The notes: generated from the sequence alone by a model not told the origin. Shown: positions 50,301-63,930, numbered from the stretch's first letter. The stretch is DNA of 64,000 nucleotides from Lepidodermella squamata (GCA_047495785.1 JBLDXI010000003.1:1426001-1490000); one strand, 5' to 3'. Translations and numbers: made by a program.

Positions 50301-53300
50301 ATAACGATATATCAAATCAATTGAAATTCTCTTGAATTCTGAGTTTAAGTAGATCTCTACATCAATCGGTTAATTCAGGTTTTATGAAGCATGGGTATCG
50401 TGTAAAAGCTAATGTGCAAAAACAAGGAATCGTTGATTTTTGAACTCTATACAACACTGGGACCAAATAAGCATTGAAGTGTGAAACTACTAACATGCCA
50501 CTCAATTTTTCAGCTCCAGTTCACTTCGACGACCATCTTCGAATCCGAAAGCGCTTGCCTTTCTTCCTTATATGTAAGCTTTATCAATTTAAGCCGAATA
50601 ACGCCTTTGTACTTGCGTATTCTATCCGGCCTCAGTTTATAAAGGATAATGAATCGAGAGCAAAGGGCATAGTTGAGATTCCGCATTTTATAACGGCGAG
50701 CTGAGGCGTCGCTATTATTTCTTTTCTCCTTATCCTAGAAAACTCGGTTGCGTTCGGGTTGCGACGAAACCAACGAACGAGAACGCTCGTTTTCGTGTAC
50801 CTACAATAGAACCATGATTTTAATTTTCAGTGCTATTTCCCAATTAGTCGCGCAAATATTTCCTTTCCTTGTTCATTTCGCAGCTCCAATTTATTTTATA
50901 TTTTTATCTTGACCGTAACTTTCAACAGATTGCAGTTTCTTGTTACAAGCCATTAACAAATCCCGTCTATCCCGTCTATTCGTGGTACGAAATCGTTCCT
51001 GGCTTCGATCACACTTTTCCTGCTGGTTGCAAAGCTAGCCAAGTGCAGATCAGTATCTCAGGGGTAAACATTTCCATCTTAATATATAGATAATATATTA
51101 AGCACAATTCCATTTAAAATATGAACGCTATTATTTATTCATTTACTTTGAGTAATATTTCAGCAATTTGTTTTCAGGTCCCGCGCTTCTTGCATTCCGA
51201 GACGGCTGACATTTCCGTCATTAATATAGATCCGTCCTATCCGTACTTCTTAATGCACGACAATTATTTTAATGGAATCCTAATAAATCCGGAAAACCTG
51301 AAAGTGAGTGATTCTCTGGTGGAATTCAATCTCAAGTAATCGATTGTTTGTTAATCAGATAAGATACAAGAGGTGCGTGCGCAGCAACGGGTTAGTATGT
51401 AGACCAGTGGAAGTGGGCTGCTTCAACCCTGATCAGCAAGAATTTCTGGTAGGGCTCGCGGTTCAACAATTACGGTTTCATTTATGCTTCCGCAGCTTAA
51501 AACAACTGCAGACCAAACATTCAACTACAATGACTGCCAGAACAACATCGTTAGTCAAGCTTTTCATTGTTAAAAAGACAAGACTATTTCCTACTGCTCA
51601 GAATATGGCCATCTTCAGTTATTACGATCTATCAACCTCGGCTCCACTAGAATCGTCTGTCCTTCGATGCGATAGGGATTTCGCCCTTGAAAGAAGCAGC
51701 AAAGCCATTGTTGTAAGTAATTATTAATTTCAACTACAGATATAACGAATATTTGTATATTGCAGTTTACCAGATATGATTCTTACGCGAGTTGTGAGAC
51801 TAGTGTTCGAAATATGGTATCCCATTCGTCGATCATTCTTAATTTATATGTTTTACACCTTGAGGATCCACGCCTATACGGCATAGGCTTAAGCCGATAT
51901 TTTCAAGTCCCATAGTGAATAAACCGTGAGGGTCACTATGGATATGGATCATCCTATATTAATCGATTGCTGTAATCAGGGGCTTTCAATCGATGTCCGA
52001 TCGAAGTCAACTTGACACATTCAGAATCACGCCGAAAACACGAATATTGCAATTTTCGACTTTGTAAAGATCTTATTCCCAAAACTTCAGCGCACAATTC
52101 GATTGAGCATTAATCGATTAATCAATAAATTCGAGCATTAATTAATAGCCCTCGATTACAGCAATCGATTAATATAGGATGATCCTTAGTCCTTAGTGAT
52201 CCTCGCGGTTTGGTCTACATGGGAATTGAAATCATCGCCCATCCCGTATAGACATAAACCCCTCATCGGCGTACAACATATATATCATTTCTATTCAACA
52301 CTATTATATCCACAGAAATACTCCAGCTTCGTTCGATGTCTGTACAATCGTGATCTATGGATTCCGACACTGGTGCTCATATCATGTCGTCCTACAGAGA
52401 TAGTAGGAAATTCTTGCACCGCAAACGACATTAGCACGATTCCAGTAAGCCGGTTAAGCCATTCTTGAATTTCAGTCTCTATTTGAAAACTTTGAACACA
52501 TAAATTAGGGATACAGTGCTCCCTCGATTCTCGATTAGTGCACGGGGTTGGGAGCTTATCTGGGGATACAGCTAAGGAAATAGGGCTGTTTTTAGAGATT
52601 GCGATGTATCCATAGAGAAAAATGAGAAAAAGGTCATTTCTTACTCTATCGATGTATCATATATATGTAGCTACGGTTTTGTCTTAGCTACTGCGGAGAC
52701 GATGCTTTTTGGTTGTGGTTAGCCATTCGAGGCAAACCCGAAATCATTTGTGCATTGATCTGAAAATTATCAGATAAAAGCATTTCTAACGAGTACCAAA
52801 GTGAAAGTGAACTTTAGCCAACAATTTACATTCCGATCCATTCCAAAGGAATCCACTCGCTTATTCTGACATGTTTCGGCTTTTATTCAGCCATTTTCGG
52901 GGACAAGCAACAATAAGGGAAATCAACAATCAAGTTTCAGAGCTATTATCGAGCAAGTATTACATACCAATTTTGTCACCAATCGTTTCTTATGAGTATC
53001 AACAATTTTGAATTTTAACAAGCGTGAAAGCTTCGTTTAGCGATTCGAAACTGGGTTCAGTGGTTTTTTGTGTAATGACATAGGAATGAAATTTCGCTAC
53101 ATCATTTTTTGTTATTTTGGTCAAAATAATGACAATTACGTCGTATACTATTTAGAACCGATCTCTCCTGACACAATTCTGCCAACAAAATATGCCATCC
53201 ATTCTTTTTTTGGCTTCTGAAAGCCTAAACCTGGAAAATCTAATTTTGAATGTTTTCCATCTGACAGGAAGGAGGGCCTTACTCTTCCACATACGACTGT

Positions 53301-53628
53301 CTAACGGCCAATGTCGGACGGGGTCCGGTAAGGAGACGTTTCCCGAACAAAATGAAGATGAAATGAAATCTTCGACAGGCTAAATGCTGCTGTGACAAAA
53401 GCGGAACGCAGCTGACTGGAACCGTGCAGAAATTAGCCGTGCCAAATTCGAGCAGAGAGGGTTTAACTACATTCTGCTCTTGTCCGGAAGGATGGTCGGT
53501 AAGTCAAATCTCTAAGCATCTGTCAATTATCACATTATCGTCAGCATCGTTATTTATCGTTAGTCTATTTCAAGGTTGACAAGGGACAAGTGGCGTTTTA
53601 CGCCTTACATTTTACATGTTACTTGTAA
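47383..53628 (+). CDS. Cys-rich modular secreted protein D; 19 exons, all phase 0
   Basis: Exons 47383-47502, 47552-47620, 47682-47729, 47779-47868, 47925-47987, 48104-48193, 49996-50088, 50140-50211, 50514-50573, 50929-51063, 51178-51303, 51359-51448, 51497-51550, 51602-51712, 51766-51816, 52316-52444, 53268-53327, 53379-53498, 53575-53628. Canonical GT-AG throughout, no internal stops. Confidence 0.85.
48390..49935 (-). mobile_element. 5'-truncated, degenerate RTE-like non-LTR retrotransposon in an intron of gene D
   Basis: RT motifs QFGF, FIDLEKAYD, GLRQGCPLSPLLF, FADD, FKYLGS across three ORF pieces separated by stops. Confidence 0.9.
51908..52224. mobile_element. MITE in an intron of gene D
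   Basis: ggatcatcctatattaatcgattgctgtaatc versus gattacagcaatcgattaatataggatgatcc. Confidence 0.75.
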
Positions 53629-55497
53629 TAATATCTCACCTTGAAAATGACTCAACAAAGTTGAATCCGAGTTCTCCTCTATTCCAGTTGTCCAGTTTCA
53701 AAATGTCTGTATCCTTTTCATCAGCGTCCCTACTGGGTGGCGGACTATTTTTTCAGCGCTTCGGACTCATCGACAACATGCTATCTATGAAAGTTCCCTC
53801 TCGAGCAAATGAACTATAAAACGGAGTGCGATAGATAGTTGAAATGATGTGTGCTACACTTCCTAAAATTAGCATCATGTAATCACATTCTATATGAATC
53901 AACAACGTTCCTTCTATTTACGATTCAAGCCAGAGCCTTTTATCTTTTATCACACGTGTGACTAATACTAATAAATGATACGTGGGATGCTTTTTGCCTT
54001 TTAGTAACCGTTGTTCTACAATCATTACACTTACGAAAAAGGAGAAATCTTCGCACAGCTATTTTTAAACAGCAATACTTCGACGGAATGCTTTGACCGG
54101 GAAGCCTGTGACTATGGCTGTGGCTTTTTGTAAATCAAAGTCTGCCATTTCTTTCTGGCGCTTAGCGAGAGTGATAAACGGCCTTGGCCCTTAACGCGCA
54201 ACGGCGAGCTAAAATTTAGGACACGGGACTATTAGGCTCAAGAATGATAAAATAGAAAAAAATGAAGTTCGAGCGTGGAAAAATAGCTGTCACAGAGAAT
54301 CGAGCCCGAGGCAACAGCAAAGCAAAATCTTAGACAGTCTATGTCTACCTGTAGCCGGAGCTCATAGTAGGACCGCGGAAATGGTAGGGATAACAAAAAT
54401 CGACATAAGGCCTTCCTTTGACTGAGCTCACCCTACGGACCAATGTAAATAGTATGGATGATCCCTGCCATCCCTAGCGGACTATCGGGTTCGCTATCGG
54501 GTGTTTGCGGTGTACTGGTATATCCTCTACATGGCTACGCAAGCCTCGGAGGCTTCGATTCCTGGCGACATCAGTCTTTACTGAAACAAATCGAACCCGA
54601 TGAGTGGCATCCATCCTGCACTCGCTTTTGGGCGATGACATTCGCCGCTTAACAAAATTAAATAGTACCGATTTGCGGGTAATGGGCTAAAATGATGCGA
54701 ACACCTGACCCAGATTCCAGCATCCCTCATTTGGGTTCCAGTTTACGCTCATGGCCTATAAAGAAAGGATATGAGCGCATCAGTATGTTCTCGCAGGAAT
54801 TTGCTACCCATTTTATTTAATTACTTATGTCTAACTGTCACGCAAAAATTAGGAGTCCTTGGCGGAGAACGATAATTGAAAGGGCGGCGACGAGTGTGGC
54901 AGCGGCAACATCTTCTACCTTCAACCGGAAAATTTCAAATATGTAAAAAATGCTTTTTCTATTTTTCTTGAAAACGAGGTCAAAAAGGCGTTTTATGGAC
55001 GCAGTAATTTGTTCTTGGCCGGCGATTATTAAACATTTCAGTAACAATCCGGCTACGCAATTCCCGCAGCCTAACAGCAACAAAAAGCTACTGTTTTATC
55101 GCCCATTTCTGGCACGTTTTCTGTTTAAATTGTCGCTTGTCGTTTTCTAACGAAGCTTCATTAACCTTTCCTCTTTCCATGTTTCCCCTCCTCGCACAGC
55201 AAATTCCTTGAATCCGCTGAAATCCGCGGGCAAACAAGGCTAATAGTAGTAGAAATCAATTAAAGCAAAAATACATCTCCACCTAAATACAAATAAGATA
55301 TTAAAGATTACGCCGTAAAAGACGACAAATGATTCTATCATGAAATGCATGGTATCGAGTAATAATTTAGCAGCGTGCTGTTCGCGCGCGTGTAAAGAGG
55401 GGCGACGAGAGATTTCGAGATACGTGGTGCCCTCGACGGTTATTCTTAAACTCTCTCAGAAGGTTTTTACCACAACGATACTCAAGACGTATTTTCG

Positions 55498-58400
55498 ATG
55501 AATTCAAAACGAGCGGTTTTGCGTAGTGTTCTGCTTTATTTCCTCTCCGCAATACCAGTTGTTCTTAACGCTTGCTCCTCGACTGGAGTATCATCTCAAG
55601 ATTCTAATAACGGCATCTCCGTATTTCACATGGTAAAGAAGCATTTTTACACCTTTTTCGATTCATTATGTTCACATCCGCTTTGAAGTATGTGCAATGT
55701 TACGCGAACGGGGTTGGGACATGCAGGGCAGATTATTGCCGATCAGGCGAAACAGCGGTAATGCCAGTATTTATACGCCTAATTTCCTCAAATCTGAGTA
55801 AAATAGATTTCTGGAAAATTTCCGGAACAAAGCTCTTGTCAGAATTTAGCATCGGTATGCAGCTAATTTGGCATCTGAGATTCTTATTATAGGGTGTTTT
55901 CAAGCGTTACGTCATCTGCATTGTTAATGCTGACACTCCAACCTGCACGAATGCTGTCCCAGGATGTACGGGGGCCATGCGTTTTCACGGCCAAGTTATT
56001 CCCGCCCGTAAATCTATGACACTGAATAATACATCAATTCGATTAAAACCAGCTCAGCTTACAAATATACGAATCAGCAGAACAGTGTAGATCAGCGATT
56101 CCAAAGAATTCGACCGTATGTTGCAAGATTCAACCAACTTAACAACATTTTATTGAATATTAATTCAAGCAATATGTAATTTGCGAGACTGAAGATTCGT
56201 TACCTGCATGCGCGGCGAGTTGCTCGGGGATGCTAAAGCCATTCGATAAGGTGAGTTTCGTAGTCATGATGTGTTTCCCCAAGCCATTTAAATGGACATT
56301 TACCATTATTGAACCGTTCAGTATGCCGCGCTGACCTTCAATAATACAAGCCACTGCGCGTCTTTCATCTCTGAAAATATCAAGGTTTGATTTCAAGACT
56401 AAAAGGAAATCCTCAGTAGTAAGCAAGGCAAGAGGCGGGTAAATCGTTATCAAATAATGTGCTGAGCCTTCTACATGTTCTCGCTCGTTTTCAACCTCCG
56501 ATAAATTTCTATATCCTCGATCCCTAACATGTGTTTGTGTGACATTGTTATATGAAAATCTTTTGAATATATAGCGATGGCTTCGCTGTTCAGATGGAAC
56601 CTCTCCAGTTTGCCGTCTGAATCAGTGCGCAGCCGGTGAAGCGCGAGTAAGTTTGGATTTGTTATTATAATTGATTATTAGAAAATTCGAGAAATATGTT
56701 TTCCCTCCGAGGAAATTAATTAGGATATTCAGACTTAATTCAGCTAATCCACAATCCACATCTCCGTGTCTTGAAGGCAATGGTAACGCAGACTCATCGG
56801 CAGCTTTCTGCTAAGAACGAAAAAATGTCTCTATTTTTTTCTAATAATAATACTATCCACTATCAAATACTGAAACTGCGCAAACACTAATTGACACTGC
56901 TAACTGCTGAAATCACCATTCAATTGCTTCTGGACGCGAAAAAACCGTCCGAAGAATCGTGATCCTGAATTAATTCAAAAATCGCGTGACAAAAATCGCA
57001 AAACGACGTTTTATAAGAGCTTTTTTACGCCATGTGCCATGTTCCCATTACATTGGAAAAAATCAGAGTCTCATCCCGTTGGTACCGCATCCCACCATAC
57101 CCTATATCAATTGCTAATTCCTCACATCTGATGCAATTTTACGCTAAAATTACCAAGCTTCAATTGCCAAATTCAGCACGCTATGCCAGCCATATCGAGA
57201 GAGCTTCGCCATGGCTGTTGATTGCTGATTTTGAATGCAGAATGCAGTGATTTAGCTCAATAATGGCTGTGAAGTGAATAATGAGTGCGAATTGAGGTCT
57301 AATAAGTCGCCCATCTCTAGAAAGTACTCCCTACATAACTGCGCGAGAGCAGGGCTGGAGGCCGTGCAGTTATCCCGGGAAGCAGTAGTCAAGAGCGAAT
57401 AAAGAGCTTGTGATGCGCCTCGCTATTTTTTTCTTGGTTGCTACGGCGACAATGTTTTTTTTGGTTAGCCATACTTTCAAAGACCAATCATTTTTTAAAA
57501 TGATTTTACTTTTCACTGCCGCGCAGGAAAGCACAGAAAATTGCTCAGCGAGTTACCATCGGGGTTTTTGTGATTTCTCGAACAAAATTTGTATATTTTC
57601 GCCAAAATTGCAAATATGGCATGGAATATTCTCCCGGTAGGTTTACTAAAGAATAGGATTTTCAATCTAAAAGCTGCTAGATGGCAATTGTTGGGACACA
57701 CTGTGAAGGCCTAAATAATCATTTCGGTAATCAGTAGCCAGAGATGTGATTTTAAGATGCTGTTCAAGAAGCACATATCCGCTATTACATTCTCAGCCAA
57801 AGCCGTCAACATAATTCGGCAAGTAACATTGCATTTTGGATAGCCGACTGGACAAAATTACTTTAACAAACGTTAACTAATTAGACCAATAATTATTTCA
57901 TCTTATAACGTCTTTATGAAATAAAATGTCTCGAAACTGCACAAGTATCCTTCAAAAAATACTGTGTTTAATTACACGGGGTCAATAATGCACCACGATT
58001 CGATGCCAACATCTATCGGTTCTGTACTCAGTAATTATTTCAAATTAAAAAATAATTTTTGTAATCAATTTAAAACGCGGGACCGGTTTTTAGCTGGCAG
58101 TTTGCTAGGCAATTGCACTTATCAAGGGTCTAGGGTGCAGTTACCGAGGGAGCACTGTAGTAGGAATTTTCGGGGGTTGGTAACTTCAAAGAAACAATCT
58201 ATAAAATGTTCCTACTTTTCGTCAAACTTGATAATTGATCTTTCAATTCTAGCTCAAATTCACTCTTACAACCACGTACGAGACAGAAAATGCATGTCTT
58301 TCTTCTCTATACGTAAGTTTTGTTATTGGTAGAATATTATTCGTAGTGGTATAGTGACGAAGTAGTTGCTTTTCGTGCCCTCGAAAAATTTGCTTATGCG

Positions 58401-60311
58401 AGTTTCAGGTTTTAAAGCCCTCCACTTTTGATTTCGGCGGCAGAATTGTTATTGCATTTTGAAATAATTGCATTATTCTCTTGACAGGCTGCTGTTTCAT
58501 GTTATCAGCCAAAAACTGACCCTCCATCGGTGTACGTCGAAGTTGTACCTGGTTACGATCATACGCTTCCTGCTGGTTGCAAAGCTGGGCAAGTGCAGAT
58601 CAGCCTCGCGGGGGTAACTCTAAATAATAATCTCTTGAAATATACACTTCAGGCGTTGAGGCCTGATACCGCACGCTTATTAATGAAAAAACTGAAAAAG
58701 CTGCCGCTAAATGCCAAAACAGATCCTATAATGACATAAGTTTTTGACGAATTCGATCTGTGTGCGACGTTCAGGGGGAATGAAGGGGGAGGGGCAGCGT
58801 CCTCCCAGCTCGGCCTGCGGGCCAGACAACAATGCTATGACGATCGCAATTTCTTTTCAGATCGCCCAACGATACACGTATTCGCGAAATGGTGATATTA
58901 CATTCCTTTCCAATCCAAGTCCAATGGATATGATTGGGATTCTCGAAAATGAGGAAAACTTGAGAACGGCATGTGCGATGAAACCGAAGCCTGATGAATT
59001 TCTTATCGCTTTTTTCGTTCAACAGATGAAGTATAAAAGATGCACTCGGGCCATGCTATTAGTATGCAGGCCAGTGGAAATAGGCTGCTTCAACCCTGAT
59101 CAGCAAGAATTTTTGGTATGTAATCACCTATCACCTGGCTAATTCCCCGTGCCGTTCCTTTTCTAATATTTGATTTATAGCTTGTATCAACCGCTGCCCA
59201 AACGTACAGCTTCAAAGAATGCCGAAACTTGGTAAGTCTGCGATCTCGCCACATTATCTACTAACATGATTTTGCAAATAAGGCCGTTCCGTACAGTCAT
59301 TATAGTTTGGAAAGCACCAGACCGCTGGAAACAAGGGCAGGATACAATCCATTGGACTGTTCCAATGATTGGAACTCCCAGAATTACAGCTACTGGATCC
59401 AGGTATTTTAATACATACAGATCATTGAAGCCAATAAATCTAAATGTCATTATACCTAGCTGGAAAAATTCAATACGTTCGATGATTGCTGGTATTATAT
59501 CTTCCATACAGTTCGTTATTTCTTTGCCTTTCACCTATTGCTTTTCATCGCATTCTGCGACTTGTTAACCATGAAATATGAGTGAAATTGTGAGCATTTC
59601 CTGATTTCTGGGTGAACCTTTATCACAAGTGGATAGCAGCTCCAAAAGCTATTGCAGGCTTGAAGGCTAAAATCCACCGGTGTACCCCTATGATAAGGCT
59701 GATGATATCCGGTGCCAACAACTGTAAAAACTAATTTTTCTTTTCCTGAAATGATCTTAGAAGATATTCACAAGCTTCGTGCGTTGCCTTTACAAGACAC
59801 CCAGCAACATACAAAACGCTATCGTTTGCCGTCCTACTGACATCGTGGGAAATACGTGCAGCCAATATGATGTTAGCAAGACGCCGGTGAATTCCTTACT
59901 TGAAAGTTTGCATCCATAATCTAATCTTTTACAGGAAGGAGGGCCATATCCAAGTACATTCGATTGTCTAAGTGCCAACGTAGGACAAGGGCCGGTAAGA
60001 AGAAATCACTGTTTTCAGCTATAACCAACGATTCTAGAACACACTTCTTTCCGCAGGCGAAATGCTGCTGTCGGAAATCAAATGGTGAGCAAAAATTGAT
60101 TGGAACTGTACAGAATGGCCCCACGCCGACTGCGGGTAACCTATCACCTTTCTGCGTTTGTCCAGATGGAACGACAGTAAAATTAAGAGAATACGGCAAT
60201 ATTTATTTACATAAACTATTTTGTATTCAATAGCGTACAACAATGGGATTATATGACGAGTATTACAGCACCTCATCTACGTCTGCTGACTCTGACTGCT
60301 TTTTTCCATAG
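55498..60311 (+). CDS. Cys-rich modular secreted protein E; 19 exons, all phase 0
   Basis: Exons 55498-55632, 55689-55757, 55807-55854, 55905-55994, 56053-56115, 56170-56250, 56322-56384, 56575-56646, 58253-58312, 58488-58613, 58861-58968 (GC donor), 59026-59115, 59181-59231, 59283-59402, 59460-59510, 59761-59886, 59935-59994, 60057-60176, 60234-60311. Confidence 0.83.
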
Positions 60312-60879
60312 TGCTAAAGCTTTTAAATATCGCTTGGTGGTCAAAATCAAGATCAATCGTGACTGAAACCTAAATTCGACAGTTACTAAATACTAGGCCA
60401 TGAAAAACGATAAGGTGGTTATAGCTGAAATAAAATCATTGAAGGAAAAAAAGCTCAGTCAGGAACTGGCAAGACTTGGCTATTGGCCAGACAATACTGA
60501 ATACTGTGAAGACTACAGCTCTCCTTAAAAACCAAACGATACTTACACTACGACCTCCATAAATGCAAAAACTCGGTAAGTTGCGTGCGAAAGATTTTGT
60601 TGATTCGCAACTGATTCGCAATATCAATGAGCTTGTAAAAAACGGTCTGTAAATATCGAGATTGGGTGTTCGGGTAGATACCGCTCACGGAGGTGAAATT
60701 ACGTTGCCAACGACGCCTGTTTTTTAACCGCAAATAAAAATTATGAAACCATAGTTTTTATTTTGATGAACAATAATTTTTCATTAAATAACTACGGAGG
60801 TTTTTTTTTCATGGAGGTTGCATTTATGGGGGTAAGGTAGCACTGTATTTAACCAAAGATTCCAAAACAAAGCAAATTT

Positions 60880-61000
60880 CTGATGCCAATGGAGAGCAAA
60901 AATTGGTAGGAACAGAATGGCCCTACGCCGACTACGGGTAATCTTTTTGTACGTTTTCATCCAGATGGAACAACATTAAAATTATTGGAATACGGAATAT
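60880..61000 (+). pseudogene. Degenerate duplicate of the penultimate (AKCCC) exon of gene E
   Basis: aatggagagcaaaaattggtaggaac..gaatggccctacgccgactacgggtaa..ccagatggaacaaca matches about 60081-60200 with indels. Confidence 0.7.
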
Positions 61001-61681
61001 CGTATCACACCGCGCTTTCGGTTTCATGGTTTTAAACAGCTACCCGTGGTGACCCTGACATGAAAACGTTTACCGGGCTGCAATCCCTAAGTTTTAAAGT
61101 TTTTTATCGTTTTCTGCATGGGGAAAGACGTTCAAAATTCTGAGTTTCTGCGTCAAAGCTACTACCGTACCGTAAATTCCGAAATACAAGCCCAGGCGGC
61201 ACTACAAAGAACATCAAAGTGCCGACAAAGAGGTGCCGCCTGGGCTTGTATTTGAATACCGTAGCTACCGAAATACTAACCCGGGCTTATACAAAAATGA
61301 TACCTCGAAAAATGGGGAAAAGTAGGCTTCTATTCAAGACTAGGCTTCTGCAACGGGGACCTGACTTTACTTTCTGTCTTTCAATCTCAAAACGCATCAA
61401 AATTTTCATTATTAGTTATGGACGTGGCTATGTGAACACAGTAAAATGTGTGTCACGCAATGGCTATGCGTACCCAATGTGTGTGGCGTGATGGCTACTT
61501 GAACACACCCACTGTGTGTGCGGAAACGGCTAAGCGTACCGACCCCTGTAACTACAGGTTTTTCACTTAATCGGTAATAATGAGGTGATTATTGACAGCG
61601 CGGAAGACAGAATTCAGTCATTGTGGAGTATAGGCTATAAATGCAGGTAAAACAGGGTCATGTTAACCATAAAACTTCACC

Positions 61682-62880
61682 ATGACCGAGTCAGTTTCTG
61701 AATCAGTTGTTCCCGATATTATCAAGGATATTAAGGTGGGCGACCGTTTTCAGTCGCGCCACGACCTCGTTTACAAGCATTTGCTTACATTTCGAAACGA
61801 AGTACGCGAGACCTATGTATGCCGCGGTTCCGACACCAACTCGGTGAGAATACTCTGCACTCATGGCTACTGTCACAAGGAAAACATCACGTCAGGCGAT
61901 CGGCCGAATCAACACTTGGGCTTCACCGGCTGCCCAGCGAAAATCCTTGGCACCGTCAACAAGTCGGGCGTCGTCAAGATCACGCAAGTCGTGCGGTTCC
62001 ATAACCACGACCTGACCGACGAGCGATGGGTCATGTATTCCTCCAATCGCCGCCTCGACCCGCAGCAGGAAGCTGAAGTCCTGTCCCATTTGCACAACAA
62101 CGCCAAGGTGTCGACCGTTGCGCACCATCTGAGCAAAGCGACTAACAAGGTGATTACTGCAAAGCAACTTCACAATTTAGCCCAGGTAATTAGACTTTGT
62201 TATTACCCATTTTACCGATTATCTTACCGCGGTTCGTTTTTTCGCAGAAACACCGGCTCAGCCCCGAGGAGAACGCGCGTGTCCTCGACGAGACCCTGGC
62301 CGCCGTTAACGAGGGCGATGGCGTTGTGCACACCGCCCGCGACGACAAGGGCAACGTCGACATGTTGTTCATTGCTACAAATCAGATGATTAACGACGTC
62401 AACAAGTTCAAGCCGTCATGTATTTTGCTCGACGCCACCTTTAAGACCAACGTCGAGAAGTACAAGTTGTGTACTTTTGTCTACCTCTGCCCGCTGACCG
62501 GAAGCACCCGGGTTGCGGCCGTCTCTCTCCTCGCCGACGAACGCCAGCGCAACGTCAAGGCAATGTTGCAGGAGTTCAAGGCGATTTACGGCGCCGGCCC
62601 GTGGTTCTTCATGGTAGACAAGGACTTCGATCAAATCGATCTCTTGCGCGAGTTGTTCCCCGGCTGCATCATCCTGTTGTGCATCTTTCACGTGCTCAAT
62701 GCGGAACGTCATCGCCACAATTCGCAACAACGACGCCGTCCATCTAGTCGAATACAAGACCCAGGTGTTTGATGCGTTAAAAGCACTGATTAAGGCGCGG
62801 CGGTAAGAGGCCTTTAAGGAGGCTGTTGAGGCCTGGCGCGCACTAGTTCCGCAGCACGTGACGGTGAAAATTGCTCTGAT
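61682..62880 (+). mobile_element. Truncated MULE transposase (intron 62186-62247), related to the one at the start of the window
   Basis: GCPAKI...HNH, ILLDATFKTN, FMVDKD, CIFH. In-frame CAG/gtaatt...tcgcag/AAA splice. Frame lost after CIFHVL. Confidence 0.8.
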
Positions 62881-63091
62881 TGGGAAACTACGTATAAATC
62901 TTAGCTACGACACATTATTTGCATTATTTGATTTTTTATTCAAATTTGCAATTTAATGTGCGTGTCTGAAGTTAAACTGTCTGTCTGAAGTTAAACTAAA
63001 AGCCTCATTTTTGACTTTCAAATCGCATCTTTTCAGCCTGTATCCGAAAATAATTTCTGACCGATGAAAATAAGCTGAAACATGTTTACAG

Positions 63092-63930
63092 GCTGCGGTT
63101 CCATGTTATCAGCCATGCACTTATCCCTTGCCGTTATTCAGCGTTGTTCCAGGCTATGATCATACGCTGCCTGCCGGTTGCAAAACCGGCCAAGTGCAGA
63201 TCAGCATCACAGGGGTAATTCCTAATTCTCAATCAACATAGCGCCTCAACATAGGTAGATATCATGATAAAGATGGCTGTATAACTCTTAACAGATTACC
63301 AAACGATACTCGCAAAACGGTGACATCACATTCCTTTCCAGTCCTACTGTCATCAGCGCGGAAAACTTGAGAACCGCAAGTGATACTAGTAGACCCTGTT
63401 CAATTTCAAATCGCTACTTTCGTTCAACAGATTAAGTACAAGAGATGCACGCGAAACTTGGCATTGGTGTGCAGACCAGTGGAAATAGGCTGCTTCAACC
63501 CTGATGGAGGGGGCGAATTTTTGGTATTTAATGACCTGTCGCCTTCGTTAATTTCTGATGTCGTTCCCTTTCTCATTATTACATTGATTAAAGCTTATGA
63601 CAACCGCTGGCCAAACTTTCAGCTTTCAAGAATGCCGAAGCTTGGTAATTGCTGCCGCCATGCGAACCGTTCGAATTTGTTATTCCGCTGCTTAGATTGT
63701 TCCGTTCAGTTATTATCGATGGGAACTCAACAGCCCGCTGGAAACAAGGGCAGGATTCAATCCATTGGACTGTGCCAATGATTTCTACACTCAGGAGCTA
63801 TAGCAACTCCATGCTGGTATTCTGTGTTTGATATTTGAAACCGATTAATCTAATTGAATACATATATATATGCATATAGCTGCGAAAATTCAATACATTC
63901 GACGAATGCTGGCTTAATATTTTCACTACG
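63092..63930 (+). pseudogene. Cys-rich family copy F: exon types 8-13 (E-like), headless, continuing beyond the window
   Basis: Exons 63092-63214, 63295-63375 (GC donor), 63431-63523, 63594-63644, 63696-63816 (one extra base gives a stop), 63880-63930. Confidence 0.7.
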
